From: Escherichia coli
Lineage (GTDB): Bacteria > Pseudomonadota > Gammaproteobacteria > Enterobacterales > Enterobacteriaceae
Length of the DNA: 64,000 nt
Strand: one strand, 5' to 3'
NCBI RefSeq assembly: GCF_030384885.1
Contig: NZ_CP128613.1
Every line of letters begins with the position of its first letter. Within the stretch, counting starts at the first letter, position 1. Positions 37,693-49,860 of the stretch are shown here, piece after piece. The notes under the pieces are model-generated. The model saw nothing but the letters and a program-made list of their open reading frames with translations, had not been told where the DNA came from and ran no database searches. The position numbers were made by a program, and so were the translations under genes.

Positions 37693-38661
<969 letters not shown>

Positions 38662-40806
38662 TTAAAGCGCGCAGGAGACGCAGCCTTCAATTTCAGTACC
38701 TTCCAGCGCCATCTGACGCAGGCGGATGTAGTAGAGCGTTTTGATACCTTTGCGCCAGGCGTAAATCTGCGCTTTGTTGATATCGCGAGTGGTGGCGGTA
38801 TCGGGGAAAAACAGTGTCAGCGACAGCCCCTGATCGACATGGCGAGTCGCTTCGGCGTAGGTGTCGATGATCTTTGCTGCGCCGATTTCGTAAGCGTCCT
38901 GATACAGCGCCAGATTCTCGTTAGTCATAAACGGGGCAGGGTAGTAAACGCGTCCTGTTTTGCCCTCTTTGCGTATCTCTACTTTCGCCACAATCGGATG
39001 AATACTCGACGTGGCATGGTTGATATAAGAGATGGAACCGGTTGGCGGCACCGCCTGGAGATTTTGGTTGTATATGCCATAGCGCATCACGTCGTCGCGC
39101 AGCTGCGCCCACATCTCACGGGTAGGTAACGTAATACCGCTGCGGGCAAACAGTTCGCCAACTTTCGCCGTTTTCGGCTGCCAGTTCCCTTGCAGATATT
39201 GGCTGAAATATTCACCATTGGCATAGCGTGACTGTTTGAACCCGGCGAAGGTTTCACTGCGTTCGCGCGCCAGCAACATCGAGGTACGCAGTGCGTGCCA
39301 GGTGATGGTATAGAAATAGAGATTGGTGAAATCCAGTGCTTCCGGCGAACCATAGGCGATGCCTTCTCGCGCCAGATAACCGTGTAAATTCATCTGCCCC
39401 AGACCGATAGCGTGTGAGGCGGCATTTCCGGCTTCGATGGACGGCACGCTGCGAATATGACTCATATCTGACACCGCAGTTAAACCGCGCACGGCGATCT
39501 CTACCGTGCGGGCAAAGTCGGGGGAATCCATGGTGTGGGCAATATTCAACGAACCTAAATTGCAGGAAATATCATGGCCTGTGCGGGCATAGTCGAGATT
39601 CTCGTCATACTCTGAGGCGCTGTTAACCTGTAAAATTTCTGAGCAGAGATTGCTCATATTTATGCGCCCGGCGATAGGGTTAGCACGGTTAACCGTGTCT
39701 TCATACATGATGTAGGGATAGCCGGACTCAAACTGGATTTCTGCCAGTCGCTGGAAGAAATCACGGGCGTTGATGTATTTTTTGCGGATTCGCTCATCGG
39801 CAACCAGTTCGTCATAGTGTTCACTGATGGCGATATCGGCAAACGGCTTGCCATAAACACGCTCAACGTCATAGGGCGAAAACAGTGCCATCTGCGCATT
39901 CTCTTTTGCCAGATGGAAGGTGATATCCGGGATAACCACGCCCAGCGACAGCGCTTTAATGCGGATTTTCTCGTCGGCATTTTCCCGCTTTGTATCGAGA
40001 AAACGCAGAATATCGGGATGATGGGCATGTAAATAGACTGCGCCAGCACCCTGACGAGCGCCGAGCTGGTTGGCATAGGAAAATGCGTCCTCCAGCATTT
40101 TCATCACCGGAATCACGCCAGAAGATTGATTTTCAATACGTTTAATTGGCGCGCCCGCTTCCCGCAGATTCGACAGCAAAAATGCCACGCCGCCGCCGCG
40201 TTTCGACAGTTGTAGTGCGGAATTTACCGCCCGGCCAATCGACTCCATATTGTCTTCAATACGCAGCAAAAAACAGGAAACCAGTTCGCCGCGCTGCCGC
40301 TTACCGCAGTTGAGGAATGTCGGTGTTGCAGGCTGAAAGCGTCCTGACAGCATCTCATCGGTCAGTTGCGTAGCCAGTGTTTTATCGCCTTGTGCCAGCG
40401 TCAGCGCCACCATCGTGACTCGATCGGCAAAATCTTCCAGATAATGCTTACCGTCGAATGTCTTCAACGTATAGCTGGTGTAAAACTTCCATGCTCCGAG
40501 GAATGTCTGAAAACGAAAACCGCTGGCGTGTGCGTGGGCAAACAGCGTAATGACAAAATCGCGAGAGTAGCGGTTGAGGACGTTTTCATCATAGTAACCT
40601 TCGTTGACCAGCCAGTTCAGGCGCTGCTGCTGGCTACTGAAGGTCACACTGTTCGGACGCACATGTGTCGCCATAAAGGCGTCAACGGCCTGGCGATCTT
40701 TATCGAACTGAATGCGACCTGCGCTATCGTAAAGGTTAAGCATCGCATTCAGAGCGTGGTAATCCATCGTTTCCTGCGTCAGGCGTTCTGCGGTTGTCGT
40801 TGCCAA
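38662..40806 (-). CDS. nrdE: Class Ib ribonucleotide reductase alpha subunit
   Basis: Track ORF 714 aa; C-terminal CVSCAL redox cysteines. Confidence 0.95.
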
Positions 40807-41189
40807 AATTCGGTTACTCCTTTACGAACGTTTTCGATATCGCTTTGCGTACCCATGAGTTCAAAGCGGTACAGCCACGGCACGCCGCATTTCCGGGCAA
40901 TCACATCTCCGGCGCGGCCATACGCCTCACCAAAGTTGCGATTACCCGAAGCAATAACGCCGCGAAGCAACGCCCGGTTATGCTCGTCGTTTAAAAAGCG
41001 AATGACCTGTCGTGGCACCGCGCCAGCTGTACCGCCGCCGCCGTAAGAGGGCACGATCAGGATGTAAGGCTCGTCTACCTGAATCCGTTCCCGCTCATTG
41101 AGCGGGATGCGCACCGCGGGCAGCCCTAAACGTTCGATAAAACGCTGCGTATTTTCGGAGCTGCTGGAAAAGTAGACGAGCTGGCTCAT
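40779..41189 (-). CDS. nrdI: Flavodoxin-like NrdI
   Basis: Track ORF 136 aa; overlaps nrdE start. Confidence 0.95.
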
Positions 41190-41431
41190 GCACTGGCCGC
41201 GTGTGGCGCTGAATGCAGACGATTGATCATGTCCGGGCGGAAACCAGACCAGCTAAGATCGCCTGCAATCACTACCGGCAACTGACGAAAGCCCTGAGCA
41301 CGTAACGCTTCCGCCGCTTCAGGAACGCGATCGACATTAATCATTTCAAAATCAAAGCCCCGGTTTTCCATCGCCCGTTTGGTGGCGTGGCACTGAACGC
41401 AATCGTTACGAGTGTAAATAGTAATGCGCAT
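41186..41431 (-). CDS. nrdH: Glutaredoxin-like protein NrdH
   Basis: Track ORF 81 aa with CVQC redox motif. Confidence 0.95.
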
Positions 41432-41639
41432 GATTCGTATTTCCGTTTAAAATGAAGATACGGCGCGATGATACGCGTCGGGTTGTCTCTCTGCTGATAC
41501 AGAGATACTAGATGTAGTTGAAAAAAGATTCAACCATACAAGATATGGGAATTTTAGATTGATTACACCACCGATGAATGGCTCAACGGGGTAGGGGATT
41601 TTGTGTTTTTTTGCCGGGCGATTGCCCGGCATCAGGAAG

Positions 41640-42071
41640 TTACATCCGCATGGAAACGGCCAGGCGGTTAAAGCAATTCATCAGCCCGATGGCAAATGTT
41701 AAGTCGCTGATTTCTGCTGCGCTGAAATGCTCAAGCAAAGGCTGATAAACGTCGTCCTCCGCATGGGTTCGGGCAATATCGGTCACCGATTCCGCCCATG
41801 CCAGCGCCGCCCGCTCGCGATCGTCAAAATGATGGCTTACGCGCCAGCCTGCCAGGGCATCCAGCTTATGCTGCGGCACACCGGATTTGCGTAATGCTTT
41901 GCTGTGCATCTCCAGACAAAATGCGCAACCATTGATTTGCGAGACGCGCAAATAAACTAACTCCATCAGCGTAGTTTCCAGCGTGCTATTTTCCAGCGCC
42001 GTTTTGGCCTGCACCAGCGCGTTATATACCGTTGGGCTAAGTTCGTAGTAAGGCTGACGTAATGTAGTCAT
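41640..42071 (-). CDS. Carboxymuconolactone decarboxylase / AhpD-like family protein
   Basis: Track ORF 143 aa with the AhpD-core C-x-x-C-x-x-x-H motif (NGCAFCLEMH). Confidence 0.65.
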   Translation of the reverse strand: MTTLRQPYYELSPTVYNALVQAKTALENSTLETTLMELVYLRVSQINGCAFCLEMHSKALRKSGVPQHKLDALAGWRVSHHFDDRERAALAWAESVTDIARTHAEDDVYQPLLEHFSAAEISDLTFAIGLMNCFNRLAVSMRM

Positions 42072-42158
42072 ACAGTTTCTCCTCTTATTAACGCCCGCAA
42101 TGTAGCACTATAATGGACTGCTAAAGAGAGCCATAAATTACCTAAAAAAGCAGACCAT

Positions 42159-43493
42159 ATGCCGCGCTATCAGGATATCGCCCGTCAGTTAAAAACGGCT
42201 ATTGAGCAAGGGGAACTGAAACCCGGCGCAAGGCTACCTTCAAGTCGTACCTGGTCGCAGGAACTGGGGGTGTCTCGATCCACTGTCGAAAATGCGTATG
42301 CTGAGCTGGTGGCGCAAGGATGGCTGATCAGGCGGGGACAGGCTGGCACATTTGTCAGTGAGCAGATATATCCGCAACAATCTACTGTACAAGTTGTGGC
42401 TTTTGCCGGTGAAAGTCAGCAACCGTTGCCATTTCAAATGGGATTACCCGCACTCGATCTCTTTCCGCGAGAGCTGTGGGCGCGGGTGATGGGGCGTCGC
42501 CTTCGTACCCAGACGCGCTTTGATTTGGCGTTAGGCGATGTCTGCGGTGAGGCGGCGTTGCGTGAGGCAATAGTTGATTACTTACGCGTTTCACGTGGGA
42601 TTGATTGTCAGCCAGAGCAGGTCTTTATCACTCACGGTTATGCGGCCTCAATGGCTTTAATTCTGCACGCGCTGGCGAAACCGGGAAACGGGATGTGGAT
42701 GGAAGATCCCGGCTTTCCACTGATTCGCCCGATTGTCACTCGCCACGGTGTGGAAATTTTGCCTGTGCCGGTTGATGACAACGGACTGGATATCACAAGA
42801 GGAATACAAAATTATCCTGATGCGTGTTTTGCCCTGATAACACCAGCACACCAAAGCCCGCTGGGTGTGGCGCTCTCTTTAGCGCGCAGGCATCAGATAC
42901 TGGAATGGGCAGAGCGTAGTCAGGCATGGATTATTGAAGATGATTATGACAGTGAGTTTCGCTATCACGGTAAGCCGTTACCGGCGTTAAAAAGTCTCGA
43001 TGCACCGCAGCGGGTAATTTATGCCGGAACATTCAGCAAAGCACTATTTCCTGCATTGCGCTGTGCGTGGCTGGTGGTGCCGGTGAAGCAAATTGCACAA
43101 TTCCGCCACCAGGCGTCACTGGCTCCATGTGCGGTACCTGTTCTATGGCAGAACACACTGGCAGACTTTCTTCGCGAGGGGCATTTCTGGCGGCATCTGA
43201 AGAAAATGCGTCAGCATTATGCTCAACGTCGGCAATGGATTGAGCAAGCGTTGACGCAGCAGGGATTTCAGGTTGTGCCGCAGAAAGGTGGTATCCAGAT
43301 GGTGATCAGAATGATGGGCGATGATATTGCCCATGCGCGTAAAGCCAATGCTGCAGGCCTTGCGGTGCAGGCACTTAGCGACTGGCGTATCCGCTCAAGT
43401 GGGGAAGGTGGATTACTTCTCTCTTTTACCAATATCGTTAACGAAGGTATGGCGCGACAGGTAGCACAACAATTACGTAAAGCCTTAAGCTAA
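42159..43493 (+). CDS. MocR-type transcriptional regulator (GntR HTH fused to PLP-dependent aminotransferase-like domain)
   Basis: Track ORF 444 aa: N-terminal GntR-like HTH (SSRTWSQELGVSRSTVENAYAELVAQGWL) and fold-type I aminotransferase domain with candidate PLP lysine in YAGTFSKALFP; divergent from the CMD gene across an 87-bp spacer. Confidence 0.7.
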   Translation: MPRYQDIARQLKTAIEQGELKPGARLPSSRTWSQELGVSRSTVENAYAELVAQGWLIRRGQAGTFVSEQIYPQQSTVQVVAFAGESQQPLPFQMGLPALDLFPRELWARVMGRRLRTQTRFDLALGDVCGEAALREAIVDYLRVSRGIDCQPEQVFITHGYAASMALILHALAKPGNGMWMEDPGFPLIRPIVTRHGVEILPVPVDDNGLDITRGIQNYPDACFALITPAHQSPLGVALSLARRHQILEWAERSQAWIIEDDYDSEFRYHGKPLPALKSLDAPQRVIYAGTFSKALFPALRCAWLVVPVKQIAQFRHQASLAPCAVPVLWQNTLADFLREGHFWRHLKKMRQHYAQRRQWIEQALTQQGFQVVPQKGGIQMVIRMMGDDIAHARKANAAGLAVQALSDWRIRSSGEGGLLLSFTNIVNEGMARQVAQQLRKALS

Positions 43494-43517
43494 AAAACCC
43501 CGAAATCAGGCTTCGGG
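43491..43517 (-). terminator. Intrinsic terminator of ygaM (weakly bidirectional)
   Basis: ccccgaaatcaggcttcgggg hairpin flanked by an A6 run on the plus strand (U-run on the minus transcript). Confidence 0.65.
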
Positions 43518-43549
43518 GTCAAAGACGCGTATTTATTATCATTGTTGCA

Positions 43550-43879
43550 CTACGATTTGCGCATGCTTAACAGTGCGCCGATAAAAATACCTACCGCAGC
43601 TGCTGTACCCACGCTACACCAGGGTCTTTCACGAACAAAAGAATCCGCGCAGCCAACGGCATCGCGCGCGGCTTGCTGGACGCGAGTACGACCATGCATT
43701 CGCGCTCTGGTTTCTTTCAGTAGAGCCTGCGCTTTACTACGAGCGGCTTCGGCTTCCCCTTTGGCGTCGCTGCCCCAGGACTTCAATACAGACTCGAGAC
43801 TGTCAGCCAATTGATTGACATCATTCTGGATATCCTGCACGCCATCATCAACGTCGTTGCGGTTCGGTCGGTTAAACAT
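43550..43879 (-). CDS. ygaM: DUF883 (ElaB/YqjD-type) ribosome- and membrane-associated stress protein
   Basis: Track ORF 43550..43891; C-terminal TM anchor AAAVGIFIGALLSM; start refined to MFNRPNRND. Confidence 0.8.
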   Translation of the reverse strand: MFNRPNRNDVDDGVQDIQNDVNQLADSLESVLKSWGSDAKGEAEAARSKAQALLKETRARMHGRTRVQQAARDAVGCADSFVRERPWCSVGTAAAVGIFIGALLSMRKS

Positions 43880-44030
43880 ATGATCCCCCATTAGAATTCG
43901 ATGTAATTTTCAGTGTAGACCATAATTTTCTTAACTGAGGTTCATCGCGGCTTTATGGACTTTTCTGAAAGCGTTGTGAATGCGCAATCAGGTAAGGTAG
44001 GACCGCAGTTGATAATAACGAGGATCAAAT

Positions 44031-44375
44031 ATGTATTTACGACCAGACGAGGTGGCGCGCGTACTTGAAAAAGTCGGTTTTACTGTCGATGTGGTAACCC
44101 AGAAAGCTTATGGCTACCGCCGTGGGGAAAATTATGTCTATGTTAATCGCGAAGCGCGAATGGGACGTACCGCCCTGGTGATTCATCCAACATTAAAAGA
44201 ACGTAGTTCAACACTGGCTGAACCCGCTTCCGATATTAAAACGTGCGACCATTACCAGCAATTTCCGCTCTATTTAGCGGGTGAACGTCATGAGCATTAC
44301 GGTATCCCACATGGCTTTAGTTCGCGTGTTGCGCTTGAACGTTATTTGAATGGTTTATTTGGCGAAGCCAGTTAA
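44031..44375 (+). CDS. ygaC: Uncharacterized cytoplasmic protein (DUF2002)
   Basis: Track ORF 114 aa; conserved neighbor of alaE and ygaM. Confidence 0.75.
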
Positions 44376-44411
44376 AGACGCGACTGGCGATGCCAGTCGC
44401 GAAAAGAAGGG

Positions 44412-44861
44412 TCAGGCTTTTACCTGCTGGTAACGGCTGACTTTAAACAGTCGGCGGCAATAATCGAGGAAGTAGCCATAAACCGCCCCCATCAACATCG
44501 AAACAACGATGTTTGAACTGACCGCCGCCATAATCTGATGCCAGTCTGCGCCCACCACTAACAAGATCGCCACATACACCGGTGACTGGAACGTCACATA
44601 CGCCAGGATATCCGCCAGATTTTTTACCCAGCCCGACGGACTAACTTTGCGTGCCGCGCGCATAAACAGATCGCGGTACATACCGTATGGCCATGCAATT
44701 AAGATGTTTACCGGAATCGCTACCAATCTGGAATAAATAGACTGTTCGAAGCTCATTCCGGAGAGGAAAACTTCAATACACATGTTCACGACAGAACAGT
44801 AAACAACCATCGCGAACGTATCTGCAACTGCATGACGCAAGCGTGACTGCGGTGAGAACAT
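44412..44861 (-). CDS. alaE: L-alanine exporter
   Basis: Track ORF 149 aa with four hydrophobic segments; upstream of stpA. Confidence 0.8.
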   Translation of the reverse strand: MFSPQSRLRHAVADTFAMVVYCSVVNMCIEVFLSGMSFEQSIYSRLVAIPVNILIAWPYGMYRDLFMRAARKVSPSGWVKNLADILAYVTFQSPVYVAILLVVGADWHQIMAAVSSNIVVSMLMGAVYGYFLDYCRRLFKVSRYQQVKA

Positions 44862-45528
44862 GCTAATGCTCCTTAATAAAAGCGTAATGGGACGTTAATA
44901 GAGATGAAAGCAGTGGATCTCATTGCCATCTGCATTTTCGCATAGCGTATATCGCTGGCTATGACTAATCAATTAGTGAAAAATTTTTATTTAATCTGTT
45001 TTTGTAGATAAAATATTCCGTAGCGGCGCGTTTTTTGTACATTGTGGATTTTTACATGCTGATATGATTTATTTTCAATTAAATCAATTAGATATGCACG
45101 TATCTTTATTTTCACTAATGAAAGTTTGGGGGTGAGGTAACGCTATAAGCGTAGAGAGTTCGGTGTATGCAGTGACTGGGTCATTTTCAGCATTTTTTAT
45201 GCCAGACAATGTACATTAACAGCAGAAAGCACCAGTGAGTGATGTTTATTTTTATTCGTATATATTGCATTTTTATTCGATTTGGTTTTATCAGGCTTGC
45301 GGGATTAGCGAGCGGCGAGCGCCGCTCTGTTCACCAATAACCGAAATTACTCATCAAATTGGCTAATATATAATCTTGAAATTATTCTGAGAGTTTCAGA
45401 AAATAACAGCTGAAATAATCTCGTGCAGGACTGTAAATAGATTAAATTTTGTGGAAATATAATAAGTGATCGCTTACACTACGCGACGAAATACTTTTTT
45501 GTTTTGGCGTTAAAAGGTTTTCTTTATT

Positions 45529-45933
45529 ATGTCCGTAATGTTACAAAGTTTAAATAACATTCGCACTCTCCGTGCGATGGCTCGCGAATTCTCCATTGAC
45601 GTTCTTGAAGAAATGCTCGAAAAATTCAGGGTTGTCACTAAAGAAAGACGTGAAGAAGAAGAACAGCAGCAGCGTGAACTGGCAGAGCGCCAGGAAAAAA
45701 TTAGCACCTGGCTGGAGCTGATGAAAGCTGACGGAATTAATCCGGAAGAGTTACTGGGTAATAGCTCTGCTGCTGCACCACGCGCTGGTAAAAAACGCCA
45801 GCCGCGTCCGGCAAAATATAAATTCACCGATGTTAACGGTGAAACTAAAACCTGGACCGGTCAGGGCCGTACACCGAAGCCAATCGCTCAGGCGCTGGCA
45901 GAAGGTAAATCTCTCGACGATTTCCTGATCTAA
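45529..45933 (+). CDS. stpA: H-NS paralog, DNA-binding nucleoid protein and RNA chaperone
   Basis: Track ORF 134 aa [33 protein letters not shown] ... TWTGQGRTP (H-NS family DNA-binding loop). Confidence 0.95.
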   Translation: MSVMLQSLNNIRTLRAMAREFSIDVLEEMLEKFRVVTKERREEEEQQQRELAERQEKISTWLELMKADGINPEELLGNSSAAAPRAGKKRQPRPAKYKFTDVNGETKTWTGQGRTPKPIAQALAEGKSLDDFLI

Positions 45934-45979
45934 TTACTGAGGCCGGATGTCGCTGCTATGGCGCGTCCGGCGTCGCTTC

Positions 45980-46504
45980 TCAAGCTTGTTGGTTCCACGG
46001 CATCTTATCTAACAACCTTGCCATCCCACAAAAACCGCTAATTCCTGCAAACAGTAACCCGGCACCAACAAAGCCACTTAATAAGAAGAAACCACTATTT
46101 ACGGTATAACCCAGTACAACGCCGATTAATATTAAACCACCCGCGGCGATCTGCACCTGGCGCATTAACGGCAAGGGTTGAGACTTATTTACCGCAACTG
46201 GCAATCCTGCTTTTTTCCAGCCATCAATCCCATCTTCGAGTAAAAAGATTTCTGCGGGTGCGGCAATCGCTGCTAATTTATCGGCGTTATTACTGGTGCG
46301 TTTACCTGCCTGGCAGTGGAATATAATTTGCTCGCGACGTAATTTAGCCGGAAGACCTGACTGTTCGAGCACGGATAATGGAGCCAGATCTGCTTCAGGA
46401 ATATGTTCACGAAGATATTCATCAGCATCACGAATATCGATTAACTTTGCGCCGCGTGCGATTAATTCTTGTGCATCATGCGGCGAAATGGTTGTCAAAG
46501 CCAT
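45980..46504 (-). CDS. ygaP: Rhodanese-domain inner membrane sulfurtransferase
   Basis: Track ORF 174 aa; rhodanese active-site loop CQAGKRT and C-terminal TM helices. Confidence 0.85.
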   Translation of the reverse strand: MALTTISPHDAQELIARGAKLIDIRDADEYLREHIPEADLAPLSVLEQSGLPAKLRREQIIFHCQAGKRTSNNADKLAAIAAPAEIFLLEDGIDGWKKAGLPVAVNKSQPLPLMRQVQIAAGGLILIGVVLGYTVNSGFFLLSGFVGAGLLFAGISGFCGMARLLDKMPWNQQA

Positions 46505-46513
46505 AGTGACTCC

Positions 46514-46813
46514 TTACGGACAATAGACATTTTTCAGGGTGGCGATAATGGCATTTACCGCCTCATTTTTAATGGAATATAGAATGCGTTGGGCATCCCG
46601 TTGGCTGTCGAGAAGCCCTTCGTCTCGCATACGAGCGAGATGCTGTGATGTCGCAGAGGCACTCAATCCGGTAATGCGCGTCAGCTCTCCCGCGCTGGTG
46701 CCGGGTGAACCGCTAAGCATGCACAGAATCAGCAACCGTTTGGGGTGGCTCATTGCTTTCAGTAAGGCTGCTGCCTGTTCGGCACTGGCCTGTAATTGCG
46801 CGAGTTCAGTCAT
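46514..46813 (-). CDS. ygaV: ArsR/SmtB-family transcriptional repressor
   Basis: Track ORF 99 aa with winged HTH; operon with ygaP. Confidence 0.85.
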   Translation of the reverse strand: MTELAQLQASAEQAAALLKAMSHPKRLLILCMLSGSPGTSAGELTRITGLSASATSQHLARMRDEGLLDSQRDAQRILYSIKNEAVNAIIATLKNVYCP

Positions 46814-46995
46814 AGTTATTTAAGTGTTTTCTAAATTAAGAAAACTCTAAACTAAAAATACAACATATGCCAGCATCAGCCGCGTAAATGAGAGTAAAAG
46901 CGTAAGCTGAAACTGGCAGGCTCCGCTAAAATTACTACGCTTAAGAGATAAAATCTCTTTTTAAACAATGAGTAATTTTCTTATAGGGAGTACAT

Positions 46996-47154
46996 ATGGG
47001 TTTTTGGAGAATCGTCATCACCATCATTCTGCCGCCGCTCGGCGTGCTGCTCGGTAAAGGGTTCGGTTGGGCGTTCATTATTAATATTCTGCTGACACTG
47101 CTTGGGTATATCCCCGGTTTGATTCACGCATTCTGGGTGCAAACCCGCGATTAA
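46996..47154 (+). CDS. yqaE: Small Pmp3/UPF0057-family membrane protein (52 aa; not in ORF track because under 60 aa)
   Basis: Translated by eye: MGFWRIVITIILPPLGVLLGKGFGWAFIINILLTLLGYIPGLIHAFWVQTRD, stop TAA at 47152..47154. Confidence 0.8.
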   Translation: MGFWRIVITIILPPLGVLLGKGFGWAFIINILLTLLGYIPGLIHAFWVQTRD

Positions 47155-47237
47155 ACCTGTCCTCACCCCCGCGGCGTTAACGCGCCGCGTTCCTCTGCTA
47201 CACTTTCTGAGTGTTTCCGTTAACGAATGAGGTAGCT

Positions 47238-47687
47238 ATGGGTCTGTTCAATTTTGTGAAAGATGCCGGAGAAAAACTCTGGGACGCGGTTACAGGTCAG
47301 CACGATAAAGACGATCAGGCGAAAAAGGTGCAGGAGCATCTGAATAAAACCGGTATACCTGATGCCGATAAAGTGAACATTCAAATTGCCGACGGCAAAG
47401 CGACGGTCACTGGTGACGGCTTAAGTCAGGAGGCGAAGGAGAAAATCCTTGTTGCGGTGGGGAATATTTCCGGTATTGCCAGTGTCGATGATCAGGTGAA
47501 AACGGCGACACCAGCCACTGCCAGCCAGTTTTATACCGTTAAGTCTGGCGATACTCTGAGTGCCATTTCCAAACAGGTCTACGGTAACGCCAATCTGTAC
47601 AATAAAATCTTCGAAGCGAATAAACCGATGCTGAAAAGCCCGGATAAAATTTACCCGGGGCAGGTGTTGCGTATTCCTGAAGAGTAG
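47238..47687 (+). CDS. kbp: Potassium-binding protein with BON and LysM domains
   Basis: Track ORF 47211..47687; start refined to [16 protein letters not shown]-terminal LysM ([18 protein letters not shown]). Confidence 0.85.
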
Positions 47688-48350
47688 TTAATTGCCAGCC
47701 ATCGCCTGCTGGATAATGGGAATTGGCGTCAGTAAATGTTGGCGCATTAACTCACTGGCGCGCGCGGTATCTCGCGCCAGTACCGCCGCTGTCAGGGTCT
47801 GGTGCTGATCGTGTTTATCCTCCAGCATTTCTACCGAAAGCACTGTTCGCCGCAGCCAGATAAATCGATAACGCGCCGCCAGATCAAACAACCGTTCACG
47901 CATTTGCAGCAAATAGTGAGAACCACAGCCCGCCACAATTGCAGTATGAAACGCCTGATGACGCAGATCCCACTCATCAAGCATTTTCTCACTGGCGTCA
48001 CAGGCCTCAAGCTTACTGAGCAGATGCGCCTTCGCAAGAACGTCAGCCTCCCACTCATCGCCACCGCGGGCAATCGCCAGACTCACCAGCATCGCTTCCA
48101 TATTGGCGCGGGCGTCGAAAATATCGAGCAGCTCCTGCTCTGACATAGAAGCCACCCGATACCCTTTTTGATTCACCACCGTGACCAGTCGTTCTGCTAC
48201 CAGTTGCGAAAGCGCTTCCCGCAACGGCCCAACGCCAAGTGCATAACGCGATGTCAGCAAACTCATCCGTAATTTTTCATCCGGTTGAAAATTACCGCGA
48301 ATAATATCGTTCTTCAGCCAGCGATAGCCATCCAGAGACGTAATGGTCAT
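47688..48350 (-). CDS. csiR: GntR/FadR-family regulator of the csiD-gab operon
   Basis: Track ORF 47688..48368; N-terminal GntR HTH, FCD-type C-terminus; start uncertain (MTITSLDG chosen). Confidence 0.8.
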   Translation of the reverse strand: MTITSLDGYRWLKNDIIRGNFQPDEKLRMSLLTSRYALGVGPLREALSQLVAERLVTVVNQKGYRVASMSEQELLDIFDARANMEAMLVSLAIARGGDEWEADVLAKAHLLSKLEACDASEKMLDEWDLRHQAFHTAIVAGCGSHYLLQMRERLFDLAARYRFIWLRRTVLSVEMLEDKHDQHQTLTAAVLARDTARASELMRQHLLTPIPIIQQAMAGN

Positions 48351-48370
48351 GGTGTGACTCCTGATCATTA

Positions 48371-49771
48371 TTAGCGCGTATTATGAACGGGTGTTTTTTG
48401 CCACAATACCAGTTTTTTCCAGCGCGCCATAATCGGCACGGTACAGATTATCCCTATCGCTAATAAACCGGTGGAGATCACTTCTAACTGTTGCGCCGGG
48501 CGGAATAGCATCACTACCAACACAAAGGTAATAAAGCCGATTACCAGCCAGGTGAGCCACGGATAAAGCCACATCCGCAGGCGAATTTCGCTTCCTTCTG
48601 CTCGCAGAATTTTGCGCATCCGCAATTGTGAAACGGCGATGACTAAATAAACCAGCAGGGCGATAGCGCCGGAGCTGTCGATCAGAAATTTAAACACTTT
48701 CGCAGGCGCGTAATAGTTAACCACCACCGTTAAAAATGCCGCGCCGGTGGAGAGTAATACCGCCACATACGGGGTTTTACTGCGGTTGATTTTACCCATT
48801 ACCGCGGGAGCATCACCGCGACGGCTTAAGGAGTAGAGCATTCTGGAAGCGGTATACAGCGCCGAGTTCAGGCAACTGGTTACGGAAAGTAATATCACGC
48901 AGTCCATGATTAATTTCGCATGGGGAATATTGAGCAATTCCAGAACCGAGCGATAAGATCCAACGGCTTTCAGCCCCGGCATATTCCACGGTATTAATGC
49001 CACGACGACAAAAATAGAGCACAAATAGAAGATAGAAATACGCCAGATAACCGAGTTGGTGGCGCGGACAATATGTTTTTCCGGCGTGTCGGATTCCGCG
49101 GCGGCAATGGTGACAATTTCTGCGCCCATAAACGAGAACATGGTGATCAACATCGCGCTTAATACCGCACCGAAGCCATTGGGCATAAAGCCGCCGCTAT
49201 CCCACAATCTTGAGATCCCGCTCACTTCGGCATAAGGGTAAAAACCGCTAATTGCGACTGCACCAAGGAAAATAAAAGCCAGGATAGCGATGACTTTGCA
49301 CAGCGCCAGCCAGAACTCAAATTCGCCGTAGTTTTTAACGCTTAATAAATTACTGCCAGTTAAGGCGAGGGTAATGACGAGGGAAAATAACCAGATGGGA
49401 ATGCCTGGAACCCACGAGTGCAGGATCATGGCGGCGATGTTGGCTTCCAGCGGGATAACCAGTACCCAAAACCACCAGTACAGCCAGCCGATGGTATAAC
49501 CCGCCCAACGGCCAATAGCTTTATCGGCATAGGTGGAAAACGAACCCGTGTCGGGCGTGGCAACCGCCATTTCCGCCAGCATCCGCATAATCATAACTAC
49601 CAGTAATCCGGCGAACAAATAGGCCAGCAATACCGCCGGGCCCGCTTCGGCGATGGCGACGCTGGAACCAACAAACAGACTTGCGCCGATAACACCTGCA
49701 ATAGACAACATGGTGACGTGGCGTGACTTCAGCCCGCCGCCTAACTCATGTGGTTGTGATGATTGCCCCAT
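48371..49771 (-). CDS. gabP: Gamma-aminobutyrate permease (APC family)
   Basis: Track ORF 48371..49834; start refined to MGQSSQPHELGGGLKSRHVTMLSIAG. Confidence 0.9.
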   Translation of the reverse strand: MGQSSQPHELGGGLKSRHVTMLSIAGVIGASLFVGSSVAIAEAGPAVLLAYLFAGLLVVMIMRMLAEMAVATPDTGSFSTYADKAIGRWAGYTIGWLYWWFWVLVIPLEANIAAMILHSWVPGIPIWLFSLVITLALTGSNLLSVKNYGEFEFWLALCKVIAILAFIFLGAVAISGFYPYAEVSGISRLWDSGGFMPNGFGAVLSAMLITMFSFMGAEIVTIAAAESDTPEKHIVRATNSVIWRISIFYLCSIFVVVALIPWNMPGLKAVGSYRSVLELLNIPHAKLIMDCVILLSVTSCLNSALYTASRMLYSLSRRGDAPAVMGKINRSKTPYVAVLLSTGAAFLTVVVNYYAPAKVFKFLIDSSGAIALLVYLVIAVSQLRMRKILRAEGSEIRLRMWLYPWLTWLVIGFITFVLVVMLFRPAQQLEVISTGLLAIGIICTVPIMARWKKLVLWQKTPVHNTR

Positions 49772-49860
49772 CCTGAATCCTCTCGAAAGTGTGACACTTG
49801 GGAGAGCGGCCCGACATTTCCCGCGTCGGGTCACGCGTTTAATTGTTATTGGTTCTTTTT

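Noticed and set aside
40366-41046. 226-aa plus-strand ORF antisense to nrdE/nrdI
   Set aside because: Overlaps two well-supported minus-strand genes and has no motifs.
41600-41630. Palindrome gccgggcgattgcccggc between nrdH and the CMD gene as an intrinsic terminator
   Set aside because: The T-run precedes the hairpin on the plus strand and an A-run follows it on the minus strand, so it is not a canonical terminator for either. It may be a protein-binding site or REP-like element.
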